A stretch of 64,000 nucleotides of DNA, from positions 224,001-288,000 of the forward strand of contig CAWBBV010000011.1 in the NCBI GenBank assembly GCA_963787125.1, written 5' to 3'. Of the stretch, positions 10,615 to 23,173 are shown one piece after another. Below the pieces are notes generated by a model. The model was not told the DNA's origin. It saw only the letters and a program-made list of their open reading frames with translations, and ran no database searches. Every line of letters begins with the position of its first letter. Within the stretch, counting starts at the first letter, position 1. Position numbers and translations under genes: made by a program. Origin of the DNA: an uncultured delta proteobacterium (GTDB taxonomy: Bacteria > Desulfobacterota > Desulfuromonadia > Geobacterales > DSM-12255).

Positions 10615-11289
10615 ATGGAATTAGCATCTGCATCATTTTCCAAGGTTGCCGGATTTTTTACAAAAACCGGCAGCAGGCGGCTTTCATCAGCCTTTCTGCT
10701 TATGTTCCTGATTTTTACCGCAGGTTATACACTCGGGGACAAAGATCCGCCTGCACCTTCTTTTCACAACATGATAGTGAATCACGCTGACGACCTCTCA
10801 AACCTGATAACCCCCGAAGACAGTCGAGTTAAAGCCCTGGCAAAACAGCTAAAAACGCCGAGAAATGCTTATGTCTATCTGCGTGATTCAGTTGCTTTTG
10901 ACCCTTCACTGCCCGTGTTGACCGCAGGCAAAATAGCCGAGCAGCGGCAAGCAAGCTGTCTGGGCAAAGCTGTTCTTCTCACCAGTCTCTACCTTGCCAT
11001 GGGTATGAGTTCAAACCAGGTGAGGGTGGTAACCGGCGAAGTTGAGGCTGGCCAGGGGATACTGGATCACGCCTGGGTTGAACTGGAAACAGAAGGGAAA
11101 TGCCTGCAACAGGATAGTACCGATCTTCTCGGTAAATTTTCCTTTGACCAGTTCCAGGGAATGGCTTATACAAATGCATTCATACGCCGGGAGAGTTACG
11201 CGTTTAATGATAAAGGGCTGGCAATTATATCCAGACTGAACATTATGAAAGACTCCGGGCACCCGGTCATGACAAAAGGTCTTCAATAG
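10615..11289 (+). CDS. Exported transglutaminase-like domain protein
   Basis: N-terminal hydrophobic segment and a Cys-His-Asp triad pattern (ASCLGKA...DHAWVE...QDST). Confidence 0.7.
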   Translation: MELASASFSKVAGFFTKTGSRRLSSAFLLMFLIFTAGYTLGDKDPPAPSFHNMIVNHADDLSNLITPEDSRVKALAKQLKTPRNAYVYLRDSVAFDPSLPVLTAGKIAEQRQASCLGKAVLLTSLYLAMGMSSNQVRVVTGEVEAGQGILDHAWVELETEGKCLQQDSTDLLGKFSFDQFQGMAYTNAFIRRESYAFNDKGLAIISRLNIMKDSGHPVMTKGLQ

Positions 11290-11303
11290 AGAAACTCTCA
11301 CCC

Positions 11304-11987
11304 ATGGCACTATCCGCAAACCTTAAAAATATCCATTCTAAGATTGTCGCAGCTGCGCTCTCCGCTGGACGTTTCCCGGAAGAAATCCGTCTTGTAGCTG
11401 TTTCCAAGACTAAACCGGCAGTAGTGGTTGAAGAAGCTGCGGCGGCGGGGCAATTGCTCTTCGGCGAAAATTATGTGCAGGAGTTTGCCGCCAAGGCGAC
11501 AGAAATCACCTGCCCCGTAGAGTGGCATTTCATTGGGCATCTCCAGAGCAACAAGGTTAAATATATTGCCGGTCTGGCCGTTATGATTCACTCTGTTGAC
11601 CGGTTGTCCCTGGCAGAAGAGATTGACCGGCAGTGGGGCAGGATTAACAGAGTATGCGACATCCTGATTCAGGTAAACCTATCCGGAGAAACAAGCAAGA
11701 GCGGCACAACCTTCAAAGAAGCTCAAGAACTTGTCAGACAGGTCTCCATGCTGCAAAACATCCGTATCTGCGGACTTATGACCATGCCACCTTTCTTTGA
11801 CGACCCTCAAGGAGCACGCCCCTACTTCCGCGAGTTGAAACGGCTTGCGCAAGAGATTGAGTCGCTCGCCATCCCGAGCGTATCGATGAAAGAGCTGTCC
11901 ATGGGGATGTCAGGTGATTTTGAAGTCGCTATCGAGGAGGGGGCTACTCTGGTACGCATCGGTTCAGCAATTTTCGGTTCCCGCTAG
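11304..11987 (+). CDS. yggS: PLP homeostasis protein
   Basis: VAVSKT, FGENYVQE, WHFIGHLQSNK, LSMGMSGD, VRIGSAIFG. Confidence 0.95.
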   Translation: MALSANLKNIHSKIVAAALSAGRFPEEIRLVAVSKTKPAVVVEEAAAAGQLLFGENYVQEFAAKATEITCPVEWHFIGHLQSNKVKYIAGLAVMIHSVDRLSLAEEIDRQWGRINRVCDILIQVNLSGETSKSGTTFKEAQELVRQVSMLQNIRICGLMTMPPFFDDPQGARPYFRELKRLAQEIESLAIPSVSMKELSMGMSGDFEVAIEEGATLVRIGSAIFGSR

Positions 11988-12131
11988 AACCCTTTGGAAT
12001 TCGAATTCCGAGACTTAAAATCTAGTTACGCAGTAAAAGCGCCACTGGAGTTAAAAAAGCTGTTTGATCAGAAATACTGCTACAACCGACCCAGATTAAA
12101 CCGATTACGTTAACATCGGCATCGTACCGGA

Positions 12132-13757
12132 TCAGCATTGAAAAGCCCTGCCATACTCCCGCGTCAACAACTCGATTGACACACCCTCGATAAACCCCCA
12201 TGGCAACTCCTCCTCCAGCGGGATCTGCCTGGTGACCGCCAGCTCCACGTCGATGCCGACCGCTTTTGCCCCTTTTTTCCAGCTCCCAAGTTCATCACTT
12301 TTAACAAGAAACTCTGCCAAATCCCTGTCGCCCCTTGAAAGCAGCGCCTGAAGCATCGCTTCCTTGAGACTTTCAGCATGCACCGTGACATTCGGTACCC
12401 GTCGCAAGGCCCCCTGAATCGTTGCCAGCCGCTTCTCCAGAATCTTTAGCGGCATCATGCCACACCACTGAAACGGAGTAAACGGTTTGGGGACGAACGG
12501 ATTAATCGACAGGGTTATCTCCCCGAGACGCTTGTTCAGCTTGGCACGGGCAACCACAATTTCCCGGATTTTCCCGACAAGGGCGAGCAGCTCTTCTATG
12601 TCGGCGTCAGTTTCTGTCGGCAGGCCGATTATGAAGTAGAGTTTGAGATTGAGAATATCCTTTTCGATCAATCTCTCACATGCCGTAATAATCTGTCCTT
12701 CCGTAATCCCTTTCTTTATCAGGTCACGTAGCCGCTGCGAACCACCTTCCGGCGCGAGAGTTGCGGTTTTGTGGCCGCTTTCTACCAACAGAGAGGTCAT
12801 GGTTTCGTCAAGCCCATCTATTCGCAGTGACGACACGGAGAAACTGCCGCCGCTGTCCATAATATGACGACATAGTTCGCCGATCCCCTGATAATCACCC
12901 ACTGCCGCGGCTACAAGTCCGATTTTCTTCCCTTCAGCTATCCCTTTGCCGATGTCCGCTTTGACAGCTTCAAGTGAGCGCTGTCGGTAGGGAAGATAGA
13001 TGAATCCGGCCGCACAGAAGCGGCACCCTCTCGGGCAACCGCGCGACAGCTCGACAAGGTGCAGATCTGAAAACTCGGTCTCCGGCGTACTTATGGCTGT
13101 GGCGACCGGATGTCTGTCAAGTTCCTTCAGGTAAAGCCTGGCAACAGCCCCGCCGCAGTCGCCCCTGCCAAGCGAGGGTATATACATTCCGGGCAGCCTG
13201 GAAAGGGCCCTATAAAGCTCGCTGCGGCCAGCTGATGCCCCCATGAGGCCCTCCAACAGGCCTGGCAGAAGCTCTTCAGCCTCTCCGAGACAGATTGCAT
13301 CCATGAAATCTGCCACCGGCTCAGGGTTCAGGAATGTAGCAGCGCCACCGGCCAGGATAAATGGATCTTTTTCGGATCTGGCAGCAGTGTAGCAGGGGAG
13401 TCCGGCAAGGCGGAATATGGCAGGGATGTTGAGGTAGTCACTCTCAAAGGATATGGAGAAAGCTACTACGTCAAACCCTGAAACAGGCTGTTGCGATTCA
13501 AGGGAGAGGAGAGGGGTACGGCTGTCCTGATGCTCGCGCATATCTTCCTGATCGGGCAGAAAGGCACGTTCACAGAGGATGTCCGGAGCGGCATTCAACA
13601 TCGCATGAACTGCCTGAAAGCCCAGATTGCTCATGGCTATGCGATAGCGGTTCGGATAGACCAGACAGATTCGCAGAGCTGCACCGCGCTTGCTGATCGA
13701 ACCGCCTGACTCTGCAGCCAGTCGATTTTTAAGTTTTGAAATTATTTTCCAGGACAT
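12132..13757 (-). CDS. Radical SAM protein (B12-binding-like N-terminal region)
   Basis: YPNRYRIAMSNLG, CxxxCxxC motif CPRGCRFC, KLYFIIGLP, FVPKPFTPFQW. Confidence 0.85.
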   Translation of the reverse strand: MSWKIISKLKNRLAAESGGSISKRGAALRICLVYPNRYRIAMSNLGFQAVHAMLNAAPDILCERAFLPDQEDMREHQDSRTPLLSLESQQPVSGFDVVAFSISFESDYLNIPAIFRLAGLPCYTAARSEKDPFILAGGAATFLNPEPVADFMDAICLGEAEELLPGLLEGLMGASAGRSELYRALSRLPGMYIPSLGRGDCGGAVARLYLKELDRHPVATAISTPETEFSDLHLVELSRGCPRGCRFCAAGFIYLPYRQRSLEAVKADIGKGIAEGKKIGLVAAAVGDYQGIGELCRHIMDSGGSFSVSSLRIDGLDETMTSLLVESGHKTATLAPEGGSQRLRDLIKKGITEGQIITACERLIEKDILNLKLYFIIGLPTETDADIEELLALVGKIREIVVARAKLNKRLGEITLSINPFVPKPFTPFQWCGMMPLKILEKRLATIQGALRRVPNVTVHAESLKEAMLQALLSRGDRDLAEFLVKSDELGSWKKGAKAVGIDVELAVTRQIPLEEELPWGFIEGVSIELLTREYGRAFQC

Positions 13758-13770
13758 TGGGGAATATCAT

Positions 13771-13809
13771 AAAAAGAAAACCGGCTCCCCAAGGGGGTGG
13801 GGAGCCGGT
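13771..13809 (-). terminator. Intrinsic terminator after ftsZ
   Basis: ACCGGCTCCCCA / TGGGGAGCCGGT stem with a T-rich tail on the minus strand. Confidence 0.8.
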
Positions 13810-13815
13810 GATCAA

Positions 13816-14976
13816 TCAATCTACTGACTTGCGGAGGAAAGTCGGGATATCAAACTGGTCTTCCTCGTCTATGAGGAAGCTCGGTTGCCTGCTGACAGGC
13901 GCCCGACGCGGGGTCTGCTGCTCGTTCTTGCGCTCAAAGGTAGGCCGTTCCAGATCGATTCTGGAAACATCCTGAAGTCTGGTAACCTTCTCGGCTTTGA
14001 CACTCCCTACATCAAAACGATCACCAAAACCTGTGGCAATTGCCGTTACCTTCAGCAGATCACCCAACTCCTCATCAACCCGAAGGCCGATGATGATGTT
14101 GGCATCCTCATGAACCCTGTCATGAATAATCCGGCTGGCAACGTCGAACTCATCCATTGTCATACTGGAAGAGCCGCAGATGTTGACCAGAACACCCTTG
14201 GCGCCAGAGATATCGATATCTTCGAGCAGTGGGCTGGAGATGGCTGCAGTAGCCGCTTCAGTGGCACGATTATCACCGCTGGCAACGCCAATCCCCATCA
14301 TTGCCATACCGCGGACACTCATGACGGATTTGACATCGGCAAAGTCGACATTGATCAGGCCTGAAGTGGTGATGAGGTCGGAAATCCCCTGAACAGCCTG
14401 ACGCAGCACGTCATCAGAAGGTTTGAAGGCATCGAGAATGGAGGCATTCTTTCCTGCCAAACCGATAAGACGGTCGTTAGGGATAACAATAAGAGAATCG
14501 ACATGTTTTTTCAGTTCGCGGATACCGTTTTCTGCCTGCTCCTTGCGGCGTTTCCCTTCGCGGGTAAACGGCTTGGTGACAACGCCGACAGTAAGAGCGC
14601 CAAGCTCCTTGGCTACATCGGCTATAACCGGGGCAGCGCCGGTACCGGTGCCACCGCCCATTCCGGCAGCAATAAAGACCATGTCGGCGCCATGAAGGGT
14701 TTCCAGCAGCCGCTCCCGATCCTCAATTGCCGCATCACGTCCAACACCCGGTTCAGCACCGGCGCCAAGTCCCTTGGTAAGCTGGGAACCTAGCTGTACC
14801 TTGGTTGTAGCCTTGGAACTCCTGAGCGCCTGCGCATCAGTATTTGCCACGATGAACTCGACATGGTGGACATTCTTTTCTATCATGGTGTTGACAGCAT
14901 TACTGCCACCGCCACCGACCCCGACGACTTTAATTCTTGCTGGCTGCTCTATGGTCTGGTCAATATCAAACGGCAT
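13816..14976 (-). CDS. ftsZ: Cell division protein FtsZ
   Basis: [16 protein letters not shown] tubulin motif, NVDFADV, C-terminal DIPTFLRK. Confidence 0.97.
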   Translation of the reverse strand: MPFDIDQTIEQPARIKVVGVGGGGSNAVNTMIEKNVHHVEFIVANTDAQALRSSKATTKVQLGSQLTKGLGAGAEPGVGRDAAIEDRERLLETLHGADMVFIAAGMGGGTGTGAAPVIADVAKELGALTVGVVTKPFTREGKRRKEQAENGIRELKKHVDSLIVIPNDRLIGLAGKNASILDAFKPSDDVLRQAVQGISDLITTSGLINVDFADVKSVMSVRGMAMMGIGVASGDNRATEAATAAISSPLLEDIDISGAKGVLVNICGSSSMTMDEFDVASRIIHDRVHEDANIIIGLRVDEELGDLLKVTAIATGFGDRFDVGSVKAEKVTRLQDVSRIDLERPTFERKNEQQTPRRAPVSRQPSFLIDEEDQFDIPTFLRKSVD

Positions 14977-15023
14977 ACCGTTCCCCCTTCCGGTTATCAT
15001 ATTTAAAACGAAACTTAATTAGT

Positions 15024-16262
15024 TTAGAAAAACTCTCCGAACCACTCTTTCATCCTTCTGCTAACTTTCCTGAAGAGGCTGTCATCGCTCTGAGTCGTCG
15101 GAAAGTGAGTGACGCTCTCCATGTGCCTGCTGCCGTAAACAACAAGACCGACGCCGGTCGCATATACCGGAGAGTTAACCACATCAACAAGTCCGCCGAT
15201 CCCTTGGGGAGAACCCCTCCGCACGGGGAGATTGAAAACCTGCTCTGCCAGCTCCGGCATCCCTTCCAGGATTGTGCTGCCACCGGTGATAACGATGCCG
15301 GAGGCGATCACATCTTCAAAACCTGACTTTACTATCTCACGGTTTACCAGGGTGAAAATCTCTTCTACCCGCGGCTCCAGAATTTCTGCCAGAAGCTGCC
15401 GTGAAAGTATCCGCGGTTTTCTGCCGCCGACACTGGGAACTTCAATGGTCTCATCCTTGCCTACAAGCGAGGCAAGGCAGCAACCGTACTTTTGTTTGAT
15501 CTTTTCTGCTTCAGCCATAGGAGTTCTGAGGCCCACGGCAATATCGTTGGTGAGGTGATTGCCACCAAGAGAGAGCACGGAAGTGTGTTTTATCGCCCCG
15601 TCGACAAAAATGGCGATGTCGGTTGTGCCGCCACCGATATCAATAAGCGCCACGCCAAGCTCTTTCTCATCCGCAGAAAGCACCGCCTCGGAAGAAGCCA
15701 GCTGCTCAAGAACAATGTCGGCAACATCGAGACCACCGCGGTTGCACGATTTGACGATATTCTGGGCACTTGCCGCGGCACCGGTAACGATGTGAACTTT
15801 GGCTTCAAGGCGGACACCGCTCATACCGAGAGGCTCACGGATGCCGTCCTGATCATCGATGATGAACTCCTGGGGCAGGATATGGATGACTTCGCGGTCC
15901 ATGGGGATGGCTATCGCCTTGGCCGCTTCAATAACCCGCTTCACATCATCAGGAGCGACTTCACGGTTCTTGATGGCAATGACACCCTGGGAGTTGATCC
16001 CTTTGATGTGTCCACCGGCAATACCTGCGAAAACGCTTTTTATCTCGCAACCAGCCATCAACTCCGCTTCTTCTACTGCCTTGCGGATCGATTGAACGGT
16101 GCTGTCTATGTTAATCACGACACCTTTACGGAGACCGCGAGACGGGCTGGAACCTATGCCGACTATATCGATCCCTTCTTCGGTAACAACACCGACAATG
16201 GCGCAGATTTTTGTTGTGCCGATATCAAGTCCTACTATGAGATTGTCTCTTCTTGCAGACAT
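15024..16262 (-). CDS. ftsA: Cell division protein FtsA
   Basis: GLDIGTTKI, DIGGGTTD, amphipathic C-terminus WFGEFF. Confidence 0.96.
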   Translation of the reverse strand: MSARRDNLIVGLDIGTTKICAIVGVVTEEGIDIVGIGSSPSRGLRKGVVINIDSTVQSIRKAVEEAELMAGCEIKSVFAGIAGGHIKGINSQGVIAIKNREVAPDDVKRVIEAAKAIAIPMDREVIHILPQEFIIDDQDGIREPLGMSGVRLEAKVHIVTGAAASAQNIVKSCNRGGLDVADIVLEQLASSEAVLSADEKELGVALIDIGGGTTDIAIFVDGAIKHTSVLSLGGNHLTNDIAVGLRTPMAEAEKIKQKYGCCLASLVGKDETIEVPSVGGRKPRILSRQLLAEILEPRVEEIFTLVNREIVKSGFEDVIASGIVITGGSTILEGMPELAEQVFNLPVRRGSPQGIGGLVDVVNSPVYATGVGLVVYGSRHMESVTHFPTTQSDDSLFRKVSRRMKEWFGEFF

Positions 16263-16314
16263 TCATACCCCCACTTGGCTTTTTGCTTCTAAAGTGAATG
16301 GCGCCAGGCCATTA

Positions 16315-17136
16315 TCAGGTTTTTTTAACGACTATCCTGTCGCTGTAATCAAGATCGATATATTCGAGCGACGGAATCTGCGGCTGGAGCAGGCTGTACA
16401 CTTTTGCCAACCGGTCGAGTTTATCGCTGAAACCCTCTGTCCCTAGACGTATCGGCAATCCTTTGTTCAGCGTAAAGAGGGTGTAACCAAAACCCTTGTC
16501 GTAATGCAGCTCGGAAATATCAGCCAGCGAAATCCCGGAGCGCTCTTTTTTTAACTGCTGGAGCAGCGCCAGTATCCCTTTAAGGGTCTCTTTTGCGCCG
16601 GTTGGATCACGAATCAGATCATCCTCTGAAAGCCCGGTTATAACCGGGTAATCGAGGCTGTCACCCTCCTGAAGCGGCTTGAATATCTCTCCCCGACTGT
16701 CAAGATAGTAAAGATAGCCCATACTGACGACACCTACCGGCTGCCGCTCCTGCACATCAATGGAGAGTGAATGCGGGAAAGTACGCCTGACTCTGACAGA
16801 AGCCACCCACGGGTTTTTTGTCAACTGCTCACCCATACGGGAAAGCCTGATCCCAAGGAGGTCATCGCCAATCTTCACCGACGCAGCTGACATGATCTCA
16901 TCTCTTGTCAGCTTTTTAAAGCCGGTAACGTCTACCCGTTCGAGCTTTAAAAAAGTAGTCTTACCTATGAAACCATACAGTTCGAAACAGACTAAAAAGA
17001 CAAGAGATACTACCACAACCGCGGCCGTCACCCGCACAGTTTTTTTCAACAAACCGCGCACGTCAATCTTTTTCCGCTGCTTCTTGAAGCGGTTTCTTGT
17101 CGCCGGTTTTTGATTGTTCAGGTTAAGTTCGCGCAT
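16315..17136 (-). CDS. ftsQ: Cell division protein FtsQ/DivIB
   Basis: Single TM, POTRA region NPWVASVRVRRTFP, C-terminal YIDLDY; position in dcw cluster. Confidence 0.88.
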   Translation of the reverse strand: MRELNLNNQKPATRNRFKKQRKKIDVRGLLKKTVRVTAAVVVVSLVFLVCFELYGFIGKTTFLKLERVDVTGFKKLTRDEIMSAASVKIGDDLLGIRLSRMGEQLTKNPWVASVRVRRTFPHSLSIDVQERQPVGVVSMGYLYYLDSRGEIFKPLQEGDSLDYPVITGLSEDDLIRDPTGAKETLKGILALLQQLKKERSGISLADISELHYDKGFGYTLFTLNKGLPIRLGTEGFSDKLDRLAKVYSLLQPQIPSLEYIDLDYSDRIVVKKT

Positions 17137-17265
17137 AGGCCCCTAAAAGCGCTTTGCCCTGAAAAAATATCCTACTGAGCACTACAATTTTATTGAAAAT
17201 AAATAGCATATATGAGTCTCGGTTTATAGTGGAATCTGCCCTTTAAAGTAATTTTTACTGCCTGG

Positions 17266-18177
17266 TCAAATCTTAAGGGAAGCAGATTTTACAATCAGTT
17301 CGACAAGCTCTTCAAAGCAAATCCCTGAGTGCTGGGCAATCTCCGGGAGAAGACTTAAGGCCGTCATCCCCGGCAGAGTGTTCACTTCGAGAAGATACGC
17401 CTCTTTTTCTGCCGTAACAATAAAGTCGACACGACTGTAACCGGAGCAGCCAAGGGCGGCATGGGCCTCTTCACCAAGGCGCAGCAGGGCGTCATACTGA
17501 TCTGAAGGCAACGGCGCAGGCATGATGTGAGTCGCCATACCATCGGTGTATTTTGCCTCAAAATCGTAGAACTCGTTTTTCGGCACTATCTCTATCGCCC
17601 CGATTCCCTTCTCGGCCAGAATACCGACCTGGATTTCACGGCCTTTCACATATTTTTCAACAAGAATCTCGCTGTCATACCTGAAGGCAACTTCGATGGC
17701 ATGCGGCAGCTCTTCTACTGACTTGACAATGCTGACTCCGACTGATGAACCCTCCCGCGAGGGTTTCACAACTACCGGAAAAGCGAACGGCAGTTGCGTG
17801 ACAGCAGGCAGAGCCCCTTTTTTAAAGACCACATAAGGGGCTATTGTCAGGCCGCTTGCCGCAAAGATCTTTTTTGCAAAAACCTTGTCCATGGCCAGAG
17901 CGCTGGCAAGAACACCGGAACCGGTATAGGGGATAGCCAGCAGTTCCAGCAGCCCCTGAACCGAACCGTCCTCGCCATAGCGGCCATGGAGGCAGACGAA
18001 GGCGATCTCGATCTTTTCAGTCAAAAGAACTGCGGCAAGATCACGCCCCACATCTATGGTTACGGCGTTGTAGCCCCTTGCAAGCAGCGCTTTATGAACA
18101 GCCGCGCCGCTTTTTAGCGATACTTCCCGTTCAGCGGAAAGCCCCCCCAGCAGCACACCAATTTTTTTCGACTTCAT
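17266..18177 (-). CDS. ddl: D-alanine-D-alanine ligase
   Basis: [35 protein letters not shown]. Confidence 0.96.
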   Translation of the reverse strand: MKSKKIGVLLGGLSAEREVSLKSGAAVHKALLARGYNAVTIDVGRDLAAVLLTEKIEIAFVCLHGRYGEDGSVQGLLELLAIPYTGSGVLASALAMDKVFAKKIFAASGLTIAPYVVFKKGALPAVTQLPFAFPVVVKPSREGSSVGVSIVKSVEELPHAIEVAFRYDSEILVEKYVKGREIQVGILAEKGIGAIEIVPKNEFYDFEAKYTDGMATHIMPAPLPSDQYDALLRLGEEAHAALGCSGYSRVDFIVTAEKEAYLLEVNTLPGMTALSLLPEIAQHSGICFEELVELIVKSASLKI

Positions 18178-19064
18178 AAGTCCTCCCCGACAATCCTTAC
18201 CTCTTCTTCAAGCAGAATAGCGGAAGTTTTGAATACTGCCCCCTTGACGACTTCAGCCAACTCAAAAAAATCGGCGGCAGTGGCGCCACCCCTATTGACA
18301 AGAAAATTTCCGTGCAGCTCTGAAACTCCGGCGCCACCAACCGTCAGCCCGCGCATTCCGGCTGCGTCTATAAGCCGCCATGCAGCCTGACCTGGCGGGT
18401 TTTTAAAAAATGAACCGGCACTTGGGAAGCCGACATTATGTTTGGTGCGGCGCAGTTCAAGATCTTTTCTGATCTCCGCTTCGGTCAACGCCGGATCACA
18501 CGCTTCCAGTTTTAACATGACGGCTAGAAGAATATCGACGGGTTCAAGAGAAAGTCGCCGGTAACCATAATCAAGCTGGCTGACACAGAACTCTTTTATT
18601 TCGCCACCACGCAGCAGTGTCAGGCAGGCGGTCCGCTCAAGAATACCCACTCCGTAGGCGCCGGCGTTCATTCTGATTGCGCCGCCAACAGTGCCAGGTA
18701 TGCCGGCAATGAAGCCGATGCCGCCAAGACCGTGCCGCTGGGCAAACCTGACAACATCGAGATTCTCCGCTCCAGCTTCAGCCATGAGCTGCCCTTCACC
18801 GCAGAGCTCTATCCTGTTGAACCGCTCCAGGGAGATCACCGCCCCGCGGATGCCGCCATCTTTTACCAGCAGGTTATAGCCACGCCCGACAGCCAGCCAG
18901 GGCAAACCGGCTGTAGCGAGCTGAGCAATGAGCGCTTGCAGGTCTGCAACATCCTCAGGGATCGCAAAAAGATCTGCCGGGCCGCCTACCTTGAGTGACG
19001 TGTGGCGGCTCATCGGCTCATCCGGCAACAGAGCGCCGCGTATGATGATTTCGGGGGACTTCAG
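18174..19064 (-). CDS. murB: UDP-N-acetylenolpyruvoylglucosamine reductase; start uncertain (CTG 19064 favoured, TTG 19028 alternative)
   Basis: [44 protein letters not shown]. Confidence 0.93.
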   Translation of the reverse strand: MKSPEIIIRGALLPDEPMSRHTSLKVGGPADLFAIPEDVADLQALIAQLATAGLPWLAVGRGYNLLVKDGGIRGAVISLERFNRIELCGEGQLMAEAGAENLDVVRFAQRHGLGGIGFIAGIPGTVGGAIRMNAGAYGVGILERTACLTLLRGGEIKEFCVSQLDYGYRRLSLEPVDILLAVMLKLEACDPALTEAEIRKDLELRRTKHNVGFPSAGSFFKNPPGQAAWRLIDAAGMRGLTVGGAGVSELHGNFLVNRGGATAADFFELAEVVKGAVFKTSAILLEEEVRIVGEDL

Positions 19065-19065
19065 C

Positions 19066-20439
<1,374 letters not shown>

Positions 20440-20473
20440 AAGTTGATCCTTTTGTTTATAACCTGAAATTAGT

Positions 20474-20944
20474 TTATACAACTTCGATCCCGCCCATGGT
20501 TATGATAATCCGCCACTCAGCCGCACTGACCGGTTGGATGGAGAGTCGGCTGCGATTGACGAGCAGCATAGACGTCAAAAGAGGATTCCCTTTTATCGCC
20601 TCAAGGGTGACTTCCCGCGGCAACGCCTGCTGATAGCGGACATCCACCATATACCAGATTGGCTTATCTGCCGAAGCTTTCGGATCGAAATGCTCACTGT
20701 CCGGATCACGGGCAGTGAAGTCAGGATACCCTTCCCGGACAACCTCTGCAATCCCTACTATAGCCGGCTGCGGGATATTGCTGTGATAAAAGAGGACTTG
20801 ATCGCCAAGTCTCACAGAGTCACGCAGAAAGTTGCGCGCCTGAAAATTGCGGACTCCGTCCCAATGCTCAGTCATCTCCGTCCGATTCTTCAGGTCTGCA
20901 AATGAAAAACAGCCCGGTTCGGTCTTGAACAGCCAGTAGTTCAC
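20474..20944 (-). CDS. EVE domain protein
   Basis: [38 protein letters not shown]. Confidence 0.9.
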   Translation of the reverse strand: MNYWLFKTEPGCFSFADLKNRTEMTEHWDGVRNFQARNFLRDSVRLGDQVLFYHSNIPQPAIVGIAEVVREGYPDFTARDPDSEHFDPKASADKPIWYMVDVRYQQALPREVTLEAIKGNPLLTSMLLVNRSRLSIQPVSAAEWRIIITMGGIEVV

Positions 20945-22071
20945 TATTCTGCCGCCACTACAGACGCTGGCTGAAGCGACTTCAACATCTCATCCACAAT
21001 AATCCTTGCCGCGTCAAGTCGGGCAGCTCCTCTGGCGTTTAGCTCTGTAGCTCTGAGCAGATCTGGATCAGAAACCAGCGCCGCTATCTGCTGCACAAGA
21101 CTAGCTGCTGTCAGCTCCCTTTCCAGGATCATGAATCCGGCACTGCATTTAAGCAATGCCTCCGCATTTTTTCGCTGGTGATCGTCAACTGCATGGGGAA
21201 ACGGGATGAAAATACATGGTTTACCGCAGGCTGTCACCTCGGCAATGGTTGTTGCCCCGGCACGGCAGATAACAAGGTCGGCGGCGCGGTATTCAGCGGC
21301 CATATTGTCTATAAAAGGGATTACTTTCGCCTTTACGCCGGCGCTGCGGTAAGCCGCAGAGACCTCATCGAAATCCTTTTCGCCGGTCTGATGCGTGATT
21401 GTCAGCGCCCCCCCGAACTCTGACAACCGCGGCGCTGCTGCCGCCATTGTCATATTGATGCTGTGCGCACCAAGACTGCCACCAAAAACCAGCAGCTGAA
21501 ATCCCCCCTGCTCGCTTCCACCCTTTTTGAAAGGGGGGACTGAGGGGGGATTTGCCACTTCATCCAGAATCTGTTTCCTGAGAGGGTTGCCTGTCAAAAG
21601 TGTCGTATCTTTCGGAAAGAACCGCCGTGACTCTTCCAGTGAGATAAAAGCCTGCTCGGCAATACGCGACAACAGCTTATTGGTCATCCCAGGTATCGCA
21701 TTCTGCTCATGGACAAAACGCGGGATCAAAAGGCCCCGTGCCGCCAGAATGACCGGAGCAGAAGCATAACCGCCGACACCGAGCACTAGATCCGGCTTGA
21801 ACCCTTTCAGGATCTTTCGCGACTGGGAATAGCCGTAGAGAAGCCCTGCAACGCCTTTAAGCTGACCGACCAGGCTTTTCCCCCGCACTCCGGCAGCAGC
21901 TATCAGTTCAAGGCGATAACCTAGCTTGGGGAGGAGCTTTGCCTCAACGCCACGCTCTGTGCCGACAAAGAGCACTTCATTTTTCGGATCACGGGCAAGA
22001 AACTCTTCAGCCACCGCAATTCCAGGGAAAAGATGCCCTCCGGTTCCACCTCCGGCGACCAGCAGCTTCAT
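20944..22071 (-). CDS. murG: Lipid II GlcNAc transferase MurG
   Basis: GGGTGGHLFPG, HEQNA, GNPLR, GGSLGA, RAGATT, DDHQRKNA. Confidence 0.96.
   Translation of the reverse strand: MKLLVAGGGTGGHLFPGIAVAEEFLARDPKNEVLFVGTERGVEAKLLPKLGYRLELIAAAGVRGKSLVGQLKGVAGLLYGYSQSRKILKGFKPDLVLGVGGYASAPVILAARGLLIPRFVHEQNAIPGMTNKLLSRIAEQAFISLEESRRFFPKDTTLLTGNPLRKQILDEVANPPSVPPFKKGGSEQGGFQLLVFGGSLGAHSINMTMAAAAPRLSEFGGALTITHQTGEKDFDEVSAAYRSAGVKAKVIPFIDNMAAEYRAADLVICRAGATTIAEVTACGKPCIFIPFPHAVDDHQRKNAEALLKCSAGFMILERELTAASLVQQIAALVSDPDLLRATELNARGAARLDAARIIVDEMLKSLQPASVVAAE
21499..21553. repeat. 55-nt palindromic REP/MITE-like element in-frame within murG
   Basis: Terminal inverted repeats AAATCCCCCCT / AGGGGGGATTT and an inner CCCTTT...AAAGGG stem; encodes NPPSVPPFKKGGSEQGGF. 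Confidence 0.7.
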
Positions 22072-23171
22072 GGGACCCCCCTCATCTTGCTCGAAATATT
22101 AAGAAGTATCCCGACCGCTGTCAGACTCAAAATCAGAGAGCTGCCGCCGTAGCTGATAAACGGCAACGCCAGCCCCTTGGTTGGTAAAAGCCCCATGACA
22201 ACGGCAATGTTGACGAACGCCTGGGCGCCGATAAGGACAGCGATCCCCAGTGCCAGAAACCGCCCGAAGTTGTCCTCAGCATAAACTGCCACCCTGATAC
22301 TGCGGTGCACCAGCAGAAAAAACATGGCGGCAACAGTGACCGTGCCGATAAAGCCGAGTTCCTCACCAATAACCGAGAGGATAAAATCTGTATGAGCTTC
22401 CGGCAGATAAAAAAGTTTCTGTTTCCCCTCGCCAAGCCCCTGACCGCTTATGCCGCCAGTACCGAAGGCAAGCCACGACTGGATTATCTGAAAACCGGTA
22501 TTCCCCGGATCAGCCCAGGGATTGAGGAAAGAGGTTATCCGCCGCCAGCGGTACTCCTTATGCCTGATTGCGTAATAAACGAAGGGCGAGGAGAAGAGAA
22601 TTATGGAGATGACATGGGAAAGGCGCATCCCGGCAGCAAAAAGCATAACCATGGCGACGCCGGCAAGCGTCATGGAAGAGCCCATATCGGGCTGGATCAT
22701 CAACAGTCCGATCATCAGCATCAGCACCAGCATATACGGGATCAGCCCCTTGACCCCGCGGATCTGATCCTGCTTCCGGTCAAGGGAGAACGCCATAAAG
22801 ATAATCAGGGCAAGCTTTGCCAATTCGGCAGGTTGAAAATTAAACCCGGGGAAGCGGATCCAGCGGGTTGCGCCTTTTACGTTGCCGCCTACTCCGGGGA
22901 TAAAAACGAGGACCAGCGAGATAAAGCAGATTATAAGCACCGGCACCGCCGCTTTTTCCCAAAAATGGTAATCGGTTTTCATGGCCGCATACATGCAACA
23001 AAAACCGAGAACCGCAAACAGACCCTGTCTTTTCAGGAAGAAAAAGCTGTCATGAAATTTTTTCTCGGCCATTATGGACGAGGCCGAATAGACCATCACA
23101 ACCCCGAAGCAGGTAAGCACCACCACCATGGTCAGAATTATCAGATCATAGCCCTCCAGCTTTTTAAACAT
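22068..23171 (-). CDS. ftsW: Peptidoglycan polymerase FtsW
   Basis: Multi-TM SEDS protein; GATRWI, FQPAELAK, YLPEAHTDFI, ISYGGSS. Confidence 0.95.
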   Translation of the reverse strand: MFKKLEGYDLIILTMVVVLTCFGVVMVYSASSIMAEKKFHDSFFFLKRQGLFAVLGFCCMYAAMKTDYHFWEKAAVPVLIICFISLVLVFIPGVGGNVKGATRWIRFPGFNFQPAELAKLALIIFMAFSLDRKQDQIRGVKGLIPYMLVLMLMIGLLMIQPDMGSSMTLAGVAMVMLFAAGMRLSHVISIILFSSPFVYYAIRHKEYRWRRITSFLNPWADPGNTGFQIIQSWLAFGTGGISGQGLGEGKQKLFYLPEAHTDFILSVIGEELGFIGTVTVAAMFFLLVHRSIRVAVYAEDNFGRFLALGIAVLIGAQAFVNIAVVMGLLPTKGLALPFISYGGSSLILSLTAVGILLNISSKMRGVP

Positions 23172-23173
23172 GA

